Origin: Quinella sp. | GTDB lineage: Bacteria > Bacillota > Negativicutes > Selenomonadales > Selenomonadaceae | Length of the DNA stretch: 64,000 nt | Direction: 5' to 3' | Assembly (NCBI GenBank): GCA_045118435.1 | Contig: JBGUYA010000153.1 | Coordinates: 4,391 to 68,390, forward strand | Part shown: positions 8,508-17,355 of the stretch, one piece after another | How the letters are laid out: each line of letters begins with the position of its first letter | How positions within the stretch are numbered: position 1 is the stretch's first letter | Program-made: the position numbers and the translations under genes | Notes under the pieces: model-generated | Seen by the model: only the letters and a program-made list of their open reading frames with translations | Told to the model about the DNA's origin: nothing | Database searches by the model: none

Positions 8508-9332
8508 GTGATTAAGTTGAGCAGGGCGAGAGAAAGTTTGAAGACCGCGCGGCGGATAGTTATCAAGGTCGGGACGAGCACGCTGGCGCACGCCAAGACC
8601 GGCAAGTTAAATTTGTACAGGATTGAACATTTGATACGCGAGATAGCTGACCTGCACAACGCGGGCAAGGAAATAATTTTCGTGAGTTCGGGCGCAATCG
8701 CGGCGGGCATGAACAAACTCGGAATAAAAATCAAGCCGCAGACCATTCCCGAAAACCAGGCGTTGGCGGCAATCGGTCAAGGTGTTCTCATGCATATCTA
8801 TGAAAAATTTTTTGCGGAGTACGGTCAAACAATGGGGCAAGTGCTCTTGACTAAGGAAAACGCCGCTGACGAACACGCCCGCGAAAATTCTCGCAACTCT
8901 TTGGGCGCAATTCTCGACTTGGACGCTATTCCCGTTATCAATGAGAATGACGCGGTCGGCGTCGACGAGATACGAATCGGCGACAACGATAACCTTTCCG
9001 CAATCGTCGCCGCTATGATTAATGCCGAAGTTCTGATTATCCTAAGCGACATTGACGGGCTTTATGACAGCAATCCGAACGTCAATAAATCTGCGCGGCT
9101 GATTGACGAGGTGCCCGAAATTACTTCCGAGATTGAGCGCATGGCGGGCGGTGTTGGGACAAAGCTCGGCACGGGCGGCATGTACACGAAAATTCAGGCG
9201 GCGAAAGTTGCGACTTCAAACGGCGTGACTATGCTTATCGTCAATGGCGCGACCATCGGAAATTTGCGGCGAGCTTTAAACGGAGAAAACGTCGGCACGA
9301 TTTTTCCAAAGCAGGTGATTAACAATGAGTAA
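8508..9332 (+). CDS. proB: Glutamate 5-kinase (short form, no PUA domain)
   Basis: 274 aa. RIVIKVGTSTL, FVSSGAIAAG, INENDAV, and GTGGMYTKIQAA. Confidence 0.9.
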   Translation: MIKLSRARESLKTARRIVIKVGTSTLAHAKTGKLNLYRIEHLIREIADLHNAGKEIIFVSSGAIAAGMNKLGIKIKPQTIPENQALAAIGQGVLMHIYEKFFAEYGQTMGQVLLTKENAADEHARENSRNSLGAILDLDAIPVINENDAVGVDEIRIGDNDNLSAIVAAMINAEVLIILSDIDGLYDSNPNVNKSARLIDEVPEITSEIERMAGGVGTKLGTGGMYTKIQAAKVATSNGVTMLIVNGATIGNLRRALNGENVGTIFPKQVINNE

Positions 9333-10662
9333 TGCGCAATTCGTAATTCGTAATTTATTTGTGGTGGTGATTTTTATGTTGATGACGGTGACCGCGCAGG
9401 CGGCGGGCATTGCAATTCAAGACAACCGCGCGACCGCTGATTATTGGGTCGGCAAGAATAAAAAGGGCGAGGAAGTTTTTGTTTCGACCGTCGACTTGGA
9501 GCGGCTCAACATGCAAATCATGCAGAAGAGCGCGAATACAATCGTTGACCTTGCGAAATATCCCGAAAAAGTTTACACGCAATGGATTAAAAATAAAATC
9601 ACCATGCCTTTGACAATCGGCGGCTTTCAAGAAGACACAGTTCCCAAACTCTTCAAGGGCGGCGCGGCGTTGACGGAGTTTAGTTTTAAACATGCCAAAG
9701 AAAATTGCGGGCTTGAAGACGCTCCCGCTGTCAGCGAAGTTCGTTACGCCTTGACGATTGACAGAACAAATCTCCGACTTCTGCCCGAAGTTGACGGTTG
9801 GTTTACTGCTAAAGACGATACCCATTACGACCAACTTCAAGCGACTGTCCTTGACCCGTGCGAGCCGTTGGCGGTTTTAATCGACAGCAAGGATAAGCAG
9901 TTCGTCTTGGTTGACTCGCGGGCTTATACGGGTTGGGTTAAGACTTCCGAGCTTGCTTTCACCGACAGGGCGACTTGGCTTAAGTACGTCGCGCCGAAAA
10001 ATTATCTGACGGTTATCGCGAGCCGCAAGACTATTCCGAGCGGCAAGGCTTTCTATCAAATGGGCGGCAAAGTTTTGCTCCGCGCAGACGACTTGCAAAA
10101 GGACGGTAGCTGGGCAATTTACATGCCGACACTTGACGCGAACGGTACAATTATTGAGCAGGGCTTGAATATTCCCAACGATAACGGCGTTGTCAAGGGC
10201 GTGTTGTCTTGCTCCGAGAACAATTTGATTCGGCAGGCATTCAGATTTTTGGGCGAAGGCTACGGCTGGGGCGGCATGGAAAAAAATGTTGATTGCTCGT
10301 CTTTCGTACAAGATGTTTATCGCAGTGTCGGCATCGAACTCCCACGCGATGCCAACCGCCAAGAAAAGGTCATGACCAATTCCATTTCCGTTAAAAATAT
10401 GACGCACAAGCAACGCCTTGAGATTATCAAGAAATCAAAGCCGGGCGCGTTGCTTTTCATGCCCGACCACGTCATGATGTATCTCGGCAACGACGACAAC
10501 GGCGAGCCGCTTGCAATTCACGCGCTCAGCAGTTATCACGTCGTCAACGGCGACAAGTTGGAAAAGCACTACGTCAGAAAAGTTTTGGTCAGCGATTTGC
10601 ATTTCAAGAACAAGGACAACATTGAGATAATCGACCGCATTACGAGCGTCGGGAATTTCTAA
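9325..10662 (+). CDS. Secreted NlpC/P60-family cell-wall peptidase with SH3-like region
   Basis: 445 aa. Signal peptide (VVVIFMLMTVTAQA). C-terminal NlpC/P60 core with catalytic Cys context (GWGGMEKNVDCSSFVQDVY) and His (MPDHVMMYLG). The start codon is uncertain because the N-terminus is read from the repeat array. Confidence 0.8.
   Translation: MSNAQFVIRNLFVVVIFMLMTVTAQAAGIAIQDNRATADYWVGKNKKGEEVFVSTVDLERLNMQIMQKSANTIVDLAKYPEKVYTQWIKNKITMPLTIGGFQEDTVPKLFKGGAALTEFSFKHAKENCGLEDAPAVSEVRYALTIDRTNLRLLPEVDGWFTAKDDTHYDQLQATVLDPCEPLAVLIDSKDKQFVLVDSRAYTGWVKTSELAFTDRATWLKYVAPKNYLTVIASRKTIPSGKAFYQMGGKVLLRADDLQKDGSWAIYMPTLDANGTIIEQGLNIPNDNGVVKGVLSCSENNLIRQAFRFLGEGYGWGGMEKNVDCSSFVQDVYRSVGIELPRDANRQEKVMTNSISVKNMTHKQRLEIIKKSKPGALLFMPDHVMMYLGNDDNGEPLAIHALSSYHVVNGDKLEKHYVRKVLVSDLHFKNKDNIEIIDRITSVGNF
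9329..9354. repeat. Heptamer tandem repeat (TAATGCG/TAATTCG units)
   Basis: GTAATGCG CAATTCG TAATTCG TAATTTA. It spans the proB stop codon and the first codons of the next ORF. Confidence 0.85.
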
Positions 10663-10663
10663 A

Positions 10664-12019
10664 ATGGATAAGCAGGAGAAGTTAATCGCCCAACTGTTCA
10701 AGGATACCTTTATCGTCTTCGTGATGTCGACATTTGCGGCGACTCTGGGGAATTTAATCGACGCCATACTCATATCAAAATTTCTCGGCACAGAGGCAAT
10801 CGCGGCGTTCGGCTTGACAATCCCACATCAAAAGTTCACCGACATGTTGCCCGCAATTATCGCACTCGGAATGCAAGTGCTCTGCAGTAAAAGTTTGGGC
10901 AAAGGTAATTTGCGAGAAGCCAATCAAATAAGGAAATCAGTTTGAAGTTCCTGCGCGAAATGTTGCTGATTGGTTTCCCGATAATTCTTGGGCGCATTTC
11001 TTCCACACTGCAGAGTGGTTTCTTCAACAGAATGGCGGTTGCATTGGCGAACGGCGTCGGCGTAGCAGCTTACGCCGTTATTGGAAATTTTGCCGGACTG
11101 CTGGAGATAATTCCAAAGTCTCTCGGCTCGGCAACGCAAATGATCAGCGGTATTCTTATCGGCGAACAAGACCGCAACTCAATCCTGCGGCTGGTGAAAA
11201 TCGCGCTGAAATATTCGCTGATACTCTCCTTGACAACAATGGCGGCGATGTTTTTGGCGGCACCTTTAATCGCAGACATTTATATCCCAACCGACCCGCC
11301 GGCTAATCAAATGGTGTGCGAGGGCGTTCAGTTGTTCATAGCGTTTTTGCCCTTCTACACGATCGCCACAGTTTTTCAGTACTTCCATCAAGCTTACGGG
11401 AGATTCAAACTCGTCAGCATATTGTCGGTAGTAAGCAATATCGGGTTCGTTGTGCCAATAGTTTTGCTCTTGAAACCGCATTTCGGAATTGCTTCTCTGT
11501 GGCTTGCCTTCCCGTTGAACGCCGCCGCGTACCTGCTTACAATATTTTTCATAACGTGTCGTCATTGCGGAAGGATAACTTTTCGGCTTGAAGATTATCT
11601 GCTGTTGCCCGAAAAATTCGGCACGCCTAAGGACAAACAACTTGACATAACCGTAACGACAAAGGAGGAGGTGTTTGGCTTATCGGAGACAGCTCAAGCT
11701 TTTTGTGAAGAGCGGGCATTGACGCGCGGCGCAGTATGTTTGCGGGCATTTGCATAGAGGAAATGGCGGGCAACATTGTCGATTACGGCTTTGACGATGT
11801 CAAGAAACATTTCGTCGACGGCACGTTATCGTTGACGGTCAGCAGGTTATAATAAGGTCGCGCGACGATTGCCACCCCTTCGACCCGAAAAAGCAAGTTG
11901 AGCTGTATAATTCCGAAGACACGACGGCGCATATCGGCATAAGGCTTTGCAGGAAGATTGCGACAGAATTTAATTATGTCAACGTCTTAAAGCTTAACAA
12001 CTTGATTATAAAAATTTAG
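10664..12019 (+). pseudogene. Decayed gene: MATE-like transporter fused to a C-terminal SpoIIAB/RsbW-like GHKL kinase domain
   Basis: Frame 1 (10664-10945) gives a MATE N-terminus. A frame change follows, and 10942-11757 gives the second MATE half, so TM2-6 appear to be missing. After two further frame changes near 11730 and 11830, hand translation gives ...FAGICIEEMAGNIVDYGFDDVKKHFVD... and ...VDGQQVIIRVRDDCHPFDPKKQVELYNSEDTTAHIGIRLCRKIATEFNYVNVLKLNNLIIKI* (stop 12017-12019). These are the N-box and G1-box of an anti-sigma-type kinase. Confidence 0.65.
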
Positions 12020-12030
12020 GAGTGATTTTT

Positions 12031-13284
12031 ATGTTATTCATGAAAGAACACGTGACTAAACAGGCAAAGCGAGCAAAGGAGGCGTCGCGGCAGTTGGCGT
12101 TGGTGCCTGTCGAAGTTCGCAACGCGGCACTTTTGGCAATGGCGGAGGCTTTGGAAACTCATCAGGAAGAAATTTTGGAGGTCAACGCAAAAGAAGTTGC
12201 GGCGGCTAAGGAAAAGGGCACGCGCCTAAACATGATTGACCGCTTGACTTTAAACCCGAAAAGAATTGCGGGCATGGCGGAAGGGATTAGGCAAGTGGTC
12301 AATCTCGACGACCCAATCGGAAAAATTGACTTTGAAACGACGCGCCCCAACGGTTTAAAGATTCGGCGTGTGAGAGTTCCCTTCGGCGTCATCGGAATTA
12401 TTTACGAGGCTCGCCCGAACGTCACGGCGGACGCGATTGCGCTTTGCATTAAATCCGGTAACGCTTGCCTTCTGCGCGGCGGCTCGGAGGCGGTTCGCAC
12501 AAATAAAAAAATCGTCGAAGTCATGCGCGAAGCGGCGGTTGCTCACGGCTTGCCCGAAAAGTCGATTGAATTCCTTTCCATTCTCGACCGCGACGCCATT
12601 GTTGTAATGTGCAGACTTCGTAAGCTTATCGACGTGATTATTCCGCGCGGCGGCGCAGGGCTTATTTCTCGCGTCATTGAGCACAGCACTGTTCCCGTGA
12701 TTGAGACGGGCACGGGCATTTGTCACACGTTCGTTGACAAGACCGCCGATTTTGACATGGCGATTAAAATTTGCGTCAACGCCAAAACGCAACGCCCTTC
12801 CGTCTGCAACGCAATGGAAACGCTTTTGATTCACAAGGACATTGCGGAAGACTTCTTGCCGAAAATCGCGGCGGCTCTTGAAAATGTCGAACTGCGTGGC
12901 GACGAGGCTTGCTTGAAAATTTTACCTGACATGAAGGCGGCGACTGATGACGACTGGACGACCGAATATAACGATTTGATTCTCTCCGTGAAAATTGTCG
13001 ACGACGTGGACGCGGCGATTGAGCACATTAACAAATACAGTAGCGAACATTCCGACGCGATTATCACGCGCGACAAGGACAACGCCGCGAAGTTTGAACA
13101 GAAAGTTGACTCGGCGGCGGTTTATGTCAATGCCTCGACGCGTTTCACTGACGGCTTTGAGTTCGGCTTTGGCGCGGAAATTGGAATCAGCACGCAGAAA
13201 CTTCACGCGCGAGGACCTATGGGGCTTGAGGCTCTCACCACGATCAAATATCTCATTGACGGCGAAGGACAGATAAGGCAATGA
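12031..13284 (+). CDS. proA: Gamma-glutamyl phosphate reductase (glutamate-5-semialdehyde dehydrogenase)
   Basis: ORF 12022..13284. ATG at 12031 has AGGAG 9 nt upstream. IPRGG, VCNAMETLL (catalytic Cys context) and HSDAIIT are typical ProA. Confidence 0.9.
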   Translation: MLFMKEHVTKQAKRAKEASRQLALVPVEVRNAALLAMAEALETHQEEILEVNAKEVAAAKEKGTRLNMIDRLTLNPKRIAGMAEGIRQVVNLDDPIGKIDFETTRPNGLKIRRVRVPFGVIGIIYEARPNVTADAIALCIKSGNACLLRGGSEAVRTNKKIVEVMREAAVAHGLPEKSIEFLSILDRDAIVVMCRLRKLIDVIIPRGGAGLISRVIEHSTVPVIETGTGICHTFVDKTADFDMAIKICVNAKTQRPSVCNAMETLLIHKDIAEDFLPKIAAALENVELRGDEACLKILPDMKAATDDDWTTEYNDLILSVKIVDDVDAAIEHINKYSSEHSDAIITRDKDNAAKFEQKVDSAAVYVNASTRFTDGFEFGFGAEIGISTQKLHARGPMGLEALTTIKYLIDGEGQIRQ

Positions 13285-13290
13285 GGAATT

Positions 13291-13311
13291 TGCAATGCGT
13301 AATGCGTAATG
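13291..13311. repeat. Short heptamer repeat (CAATGCG TAATGCG TAATG)
   Basis: Immediately after the proA stop codon. Confidence 0.7.
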
Positions 13312-13436
13312 AAAAAGCTTGTTGGATATTTTAAGACGCTGAGGAATTATTTTCGGACGGCGAAGGCTCGCCACGACTTCAAGGACTATGCTCGCGCCCT
13401 TGCAATAATTTTTCTTACGGCGGCAATCGTCTGGGG

Positions 13437-14048
13437 GTGTTTAAGTTGAAAATCGGAATATTGGGCGGCACATTCGACCCGATTCACTTAGGACACTTGG
13501 CGACGGCGGAGGCTGTTCGCGAAATCTTCACGCTCGACGAAATTTTATTTATCCCCGCCGCGCGACCGCCGCACAAGCTCGGCAGAAAAGTCATCGACGA
13601 ACAACACCGCCTGGCAATGACAATCCTCGCGACGCGCTCAAATAAATTCTTCAAAGTCTCGGACATGGAATTAAAACGCACGGGACTTTCCTACACGCTC
13701 GACACAATGAACGAACTGCATAAACTTTTCGGGAGTACAACGGAATTATTTTTCATAATCGGCGCGGATTCGCTGGCGGACTTGTCGAAGTGGTACGAGG
13801 CAAAAACACTGGTCGAGAAATGCCACTTCATAGCGACGACTCGGCACGGCGTTGACATAGATTTTTCTGCGATAAAAAATTATTTCGGCGCGGCGGCAAG
13901 TGAACACATTCACCGCGTGACGACGCCCGGCTTAGAAATTTCTTCAACCGACATTCGAGAAAAAATCCGGCTCGGACGTTCGATAAAATATCTTGTGCCC
14001 GAAGTCGTCGAGGAATACATTTTGCGGGAGCAACTTTATCGGGAGTAA
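13437..14048 (+). CDS. nadD: Nicotinate-nucleotide adenylyltransferase
   Basis: 203 aa. IGILGGTFDPIHLGHL (HxGH motif) and ISSTDIR. The start could instead be the in-frame TTG at 13446. Confidence 0.9.
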   Translation: MFKLKIGILGGTFDPIHLGHLATAEAVREIFTLDEILFIPAARPPHKLGRKVIDEQHRLAMTILATRSNKFFKVSDMELKRTGLSYTLDTMNELHKLFGSTTELFFIIGADSLADLSKWYEAKTLVEKCHFIATTRHGVDIDFSAIKNYFGAAASEHIHRVTTPGLEISSTDIREKIRLGRSIKYLVPEVVEEYILREQLYRE

Positions 14049-14055
14049 AAGTTTT

Positions 14056-14892
14056 ATGGCTAAAAAATATCGAGACGGTTTGTTCAGAAATTATTTCAGC
14101 GACAAGAAAAGACTGTTGGGGCTGTGCAATTTGCTGACGGGCGAAAACGCGACTGATCCCGACGAAATTAAAATCAACACGCTTGACGGGATTTTTTTCG
14201 GCAAGTTAAAGAATGACATATCGTGCCTGTTTCGCGGGAAATTTCTTGTGATAATCGAACATCAAGCCACGATAAACGAAAACATGCCGCTGAGAATTTT
14301 GTTTTACGCGGCGGAACTGTTGCGGCAATACGTAGACGAGCAAAAGAAAAAAATTTATTTGGAAGAGTTGGTGCCGCTACCCAAACCGCAATTCTATGTT
14401 TTCTACAACGGCAGGAAAAAAGAGGCGGAGCGTCGAGAAATGCGCCTGTCGGATGCCTTCGGAGGATACACCTGTCTTGAAGTCGTCGTTCAAATGTACA
14501 ATCTCAACGCGGGCATGAACGAGGATTTCATTTTGAGCGACGAGAGCTTGAATAATTATTGCGCCTTCGTTAATCTTTATCAAAAATTTTTGGCGGAGGG
14601 CGTCGACCGTGACCATGCATTTAAAGCAACGTTTGATTATTGCATAGAGCACGGGATTATGGCTGACTATCTGAAAACGATTAAAAAGGAGTTGGCGAGC
14701 ATGTTGAGATTGGAATATGACCATGAACTTGAGCGGCAGGCTTTGATTGAAAAAGGTCGCGAAGAAAATCAATTGGAAATGGTCAAAAAAATGTTGCAGG
14801 AAAAAATATCCATCAAAAGCATAATCAATGTGACGGGCTGGACTAAAGAAAAGATTTTGGAAGTTGGCGAGCATGTTGGCGTTGAAATATGA
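14056..14892 (+). mobile_element. Rpn-family (YhgA-like) PD-(D/E)XK recombination-promoting nuclease / putative transposase
   Basis: I trimmed ORF 13993..14892 to the ATG at 14056. YRDGLFRNYF, LFRGKFLVIIEHQATINENMPLRILFYAAELLRQY (core D/E...EXQ and RxxxY motifs). The tail EKGREENQLEMVKKMLQEKISIKSIINVTGWTKEKILEV is typical of this family. It sits between nadD and yqeK, which are normally adjacent. Confidence 0.6.
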
Positions 14893-15310
14893 TACTGAGC
14901 TTGAGCAAAAGATTTGGCTTGAACACGGCGTAGAAGAACGCGAACTCGCTTTGGTAAGACTTTTATTGAAATGGCACGTGTCGATAGAGAACATAATCGC
15001 AGTAATGAATCGAACAAGGGAACAAATTTTAGAAATCAGAGAGCAGTTGGGATTGAGACATGACTCCGAATCGGAGCAAGAATCTTGCTTTGACAAGGAA
15101 TTTTTGGAAGAATACGCCGAAGAATTCAGGGAAAGATTTGAAGTGAACTTTAGAGAAGGCGTCAGACAAGGTTGCGAAGAATCGCGATTGGAAGTTTTAA
15201 AAAATATTCTGAAGAATAAACTGCCGATAGAATACTTCATTAAGGCGACGGGTTGGAGCAAGGAACAAGTTTTGAAATTCGCCGAAGATCATTTTGAAGA
15301 GGAATATTTC
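14864..15310 (+). other. Two further degenerate copies of the Rpn tail module, open and in frame with yqeK
   Basis: MASMLALKYDTELEQK... repeats ELASMLRLEYDHELERQ... from the preceding gene. At DNA level compare gagttggcgagcatgttgag at 14691 with gaagttggcgagcatgttggc at 14861. ...VSIENIIAVMNRTREQILEI and ...PIEYFIKATGWSKEQVLKF are tail-module copies. Its frame is +1 relative to the Rpn gene. Confidence 0.5.
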
Positions 15311-15877
15311 ATGACGATTGACGAAATGCGCCGCGAGTTACAACGGCGTTTGAACAAAAACAGATTTGCGCACTCAATCGGCGTGGCGAATACTGCCGTT
15401 AAGTTGGCAAAGAGATTCGGCGTCGACGAGACCAAAGCTTATATCGCGGGCTTGTTGCACGACTGCGCGAGGGAATTTGAAAACGACGAGCTGCCCGCGC
15501 AGGCTAAAGCTCGCGGAATTACAATCGGCGAAGTCGAACGGGCGATGCCTTTGCTCCTGCACGCCTATATCAGCGCGAAGATGATTAAAGAAGTTTACGG
15601 CGTGTACGACGCGGAAATTGAGCAGGCGATTTATCGGCACACGGTCGGCGCACGCGACATGACCAAGCTTGACAAAATTATTTACTTTGCAGACATGATT
15701 GAGCCGAACAGAAGTTATCCAGGTGTCGAGAAACTCCGCGCCCTCGCTGAGACCGCCGAGCTTGACGAAATTTTGTTGACGGCGTTCAGCGAGACGATTG
15801 CCTTTGTCTTGCAAAAGAATTCGCTGATTCACCCTGACACCGTCGCCGCCCGAAATTTTTTGTTGCTTAATAAATAA
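15311..15877 (+). CDS. yqeK: HD-domain bis(5'-nucleosyl)-tetraphosphatase YqeK
   Basis: ATG at 15311 inside ORF 14864..15877. RFAHSIGVANTAVKLA, LLHDCARE and YFADMIEPNR are YqeK signatures. Sits in the nadD neighbourhood. Confidence 0.85.
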   Translation: MTIDEMRRELQRRLNKNRFAHSIGVANTAVKLAKRFGVDETKAYIAGLLHDCAREFENDELPAQAKARGITIGEVERAMPLLLHAYISAKMIKEVYGVYDAEIEQAIYRHTVGARDMTKLDKIIYFADMIEPNRSYPGVEKLRALAETAELDEILLTAFSETIAFVLQKNSLIHPDTVAARNFLLLNK

Positions 15878-15880
15878 AAA

Positions 15881-16915
15881 GTGAGCGGAAACCCTATGGC
15901 TAACGAAACCAAAGCAAATGTCGAAAAGAAACGCAAAAGCATGAGGCGTAAGCGCAGAGTCAAGACCTTACGCCTGATTTTTGCGCTTGTGGTTTTGTGC
16001 TTGATAGGGGTTGCGATTTTGTTTGTCGGCTACGGAATTTACAGCGCGGGCAGTCGCGTTTATAATGAGTTCACGGAAATGTATCAGGGCTACAACGACC
16101 GCAAGACTTCGCGCTTGGGCACTGCCGACCCGAAATTTGACGGCTACACAAATATTTTGATTCTGGGCGTCGACGACAGCATAAGGCAAGAGGCTGATAC
16201 GATTCTGGTACTGAGCTTTTCAAACGACACCGGCAAAAGTCGAATCATTTCAATTCCGCGCGACACTTGGATAACTATGCAGGGCAATTCGGGGCGCATT
16301 GGCACGATTTATGGCTGGGGCGGCGTCAATCGCATGGTCAAGGAAGTTTCGCAACTGTTGAGAATTTCGATTCATCAGTACATAATTATTGACATGGCGA
16401 CGTTCGCGGAGCTTATCGACGTTTTAGGCGGACTCGATATTTATGTTGAAGAGAACATGGACTACAACGACGAGGCGGCGGGCTTGTCAATACATATCGG
16501 GCAGGGCTATCAGCATTTGTCAGGCGAGGATGTTCAAAAGTATTTGCGCTATCGCGGCGAGAAATTGGGCGACGTGGGGCGCGTTCAACGTCAGCAGAAA
16601 TTTATCAAGGCGTTGTATGCGAAAGTTCTTCAACTCGACACGATACCCAAACTCCCAGCAATCGCCGACATTTTCCGCAACAGAATGGAGACAAGCGCGG
16701 AGATTTTTGACTCGGCGCACTTGGCAAATGTTTTACGGCGAATGAGTTCCGACCCGCCCACAACGTTAATGTTGCCTGGTTCGGAGAATCTTGACGGCGC
16801 ATGGGTTCCGAACGTTGCCGAGCTTGAGGCGCGAATCAGTGAACTTTTCCCGTTGCAGGATATTATTCAGCACTCGGACGAAGGCGACGCCGACAGTGAG
16901 GAAATAGGGAATTAG
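15881..16915 (+). CDS. LytR-CpsA-Psr (LCP) family glycopolymer transferase
   Basis: 344 aa. N-terminal TM anchor, NILILGVDD, ADTILVLSF and ISIPRDTW. Confidence 0.85.
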   Translation: MSGNPMANETKANVEKKRKSMRRKRRVKTLRLIFALVVLCLIGVAILFVGYGIYSAGSRVYNEFTEMYQGYNDRKTSRLGTADPKFDGYTNILILGVDDSIRQEADTILVLSFSNDTGKSRIISIPRDTWITMQGNSGRIGTIYGWGGVNRMVKEVSQLLRISIHQYIIIDMATFAELIDVLGGLDIYVEENMDYNDEAAGLSIHIGQGYQHLSGEDVQKYLRYRGEKLGDVGRVQRQQKFIKALYAKVLQLDTIPKLPAIADIFRNRMETSAEIFDSAHLANVLRRMSSDPPTTLMLPGSENLDGAWVPNVAELEARISELFPLQDIIQHSDEGDADSEEIGN

Positions 16916-16990
16916 GGAAATAGGGAATTAGGGAAATAGGGAATTAGGGAATTAGTTGTTAGGAAATTAGCTACTTCACTACTTCCCTAA
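16901..16990. repeat. Heptamer/octamer repeat array (ATAGGGA/ATTAGGGA units) with a short complementary right arm
   Basis: GAAATAGGGAATTAGGGAAATAGGGAATTAGGGAAATAGGGAATTAGGGAATTAG...GAAATTAGCTACTTCACTACTTCCCTAA. It supplies the last codons and the TAG stop of the LCP gene. Confidence 0.85.
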
Positions 16991-17010
16991 AAAATAGGAG
17001 GCGATTTAGT

Positions 17011-17355
17011 TTGAAGACTTACGATTTGGCAAAAAAGATTTGCAAGGCGGCAAGCGACAAGAAGGCTAGCGAAGTTATCACAATGGATATGCGCGACGTC
17101 ATGTTCTCGACGGATTATTTTGTCGTGTGCTCCGCGCAGACCGCAACGCAGGTTCGCGCGATTGCCGACAATATCGAGGCGGAGCTTGACAAGGAAAATA
17201 TCCATTACAATCACCGCGAGGGCTATCACGAGGGCGAATGGATTCTTCTCGATTACGGCGATGTCGTCGCGCACATTTTCAAGGAAGAAAATCGCCAGTA
17301 CTATTCGCTTGAGCAACTTTGGAGCGAGGCTGAGATAAAATTCTATGAAGACTAA
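17011..17355 (+). CDS. rsfS: Ribosome silencing factor RsfS
   Basis: 114 aa with a TTG start. TDYFVVCSAQTATQVRAIADNI, WILLDYGDVVAHIF and YYSLEQLW. Confidence 0.9.
   Translation: MKTYDLAKKICKAASDKKASEVITMDMRDVMFSTDYFVVCSAQTATQVRAIADNIEAELDKENIHYNHREGYHEGEWILLDYGDVVAHIFKEENRQYYSLEQLWSEAEIKFYED

Noticed and set aside
13309-13449. 46-aa ORF (MKKLVGYFKTLRNYFRTAKARHDFKDYARALAIIFLTAAIVWGCLS) between proA and nadD
   Set aside because: It has a plausible C-terminal TM helix and ends in a TGA overlapping the nadD start region. However, it has no Shine-Dalgarno, and its ATG comes out of the heptamer array. It is too weak to call without conservation or expression data.
14377-15261. 294-aa minus-strand ORF across the Rpn / yqeK region
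   Set aside because: It is antisense to the Rpn-like gene and its tail repeats. The Ser/Phe/Leu-rich low-complexity translation is typical of the reverse frame of Glu/Lys-rich coding sequence.
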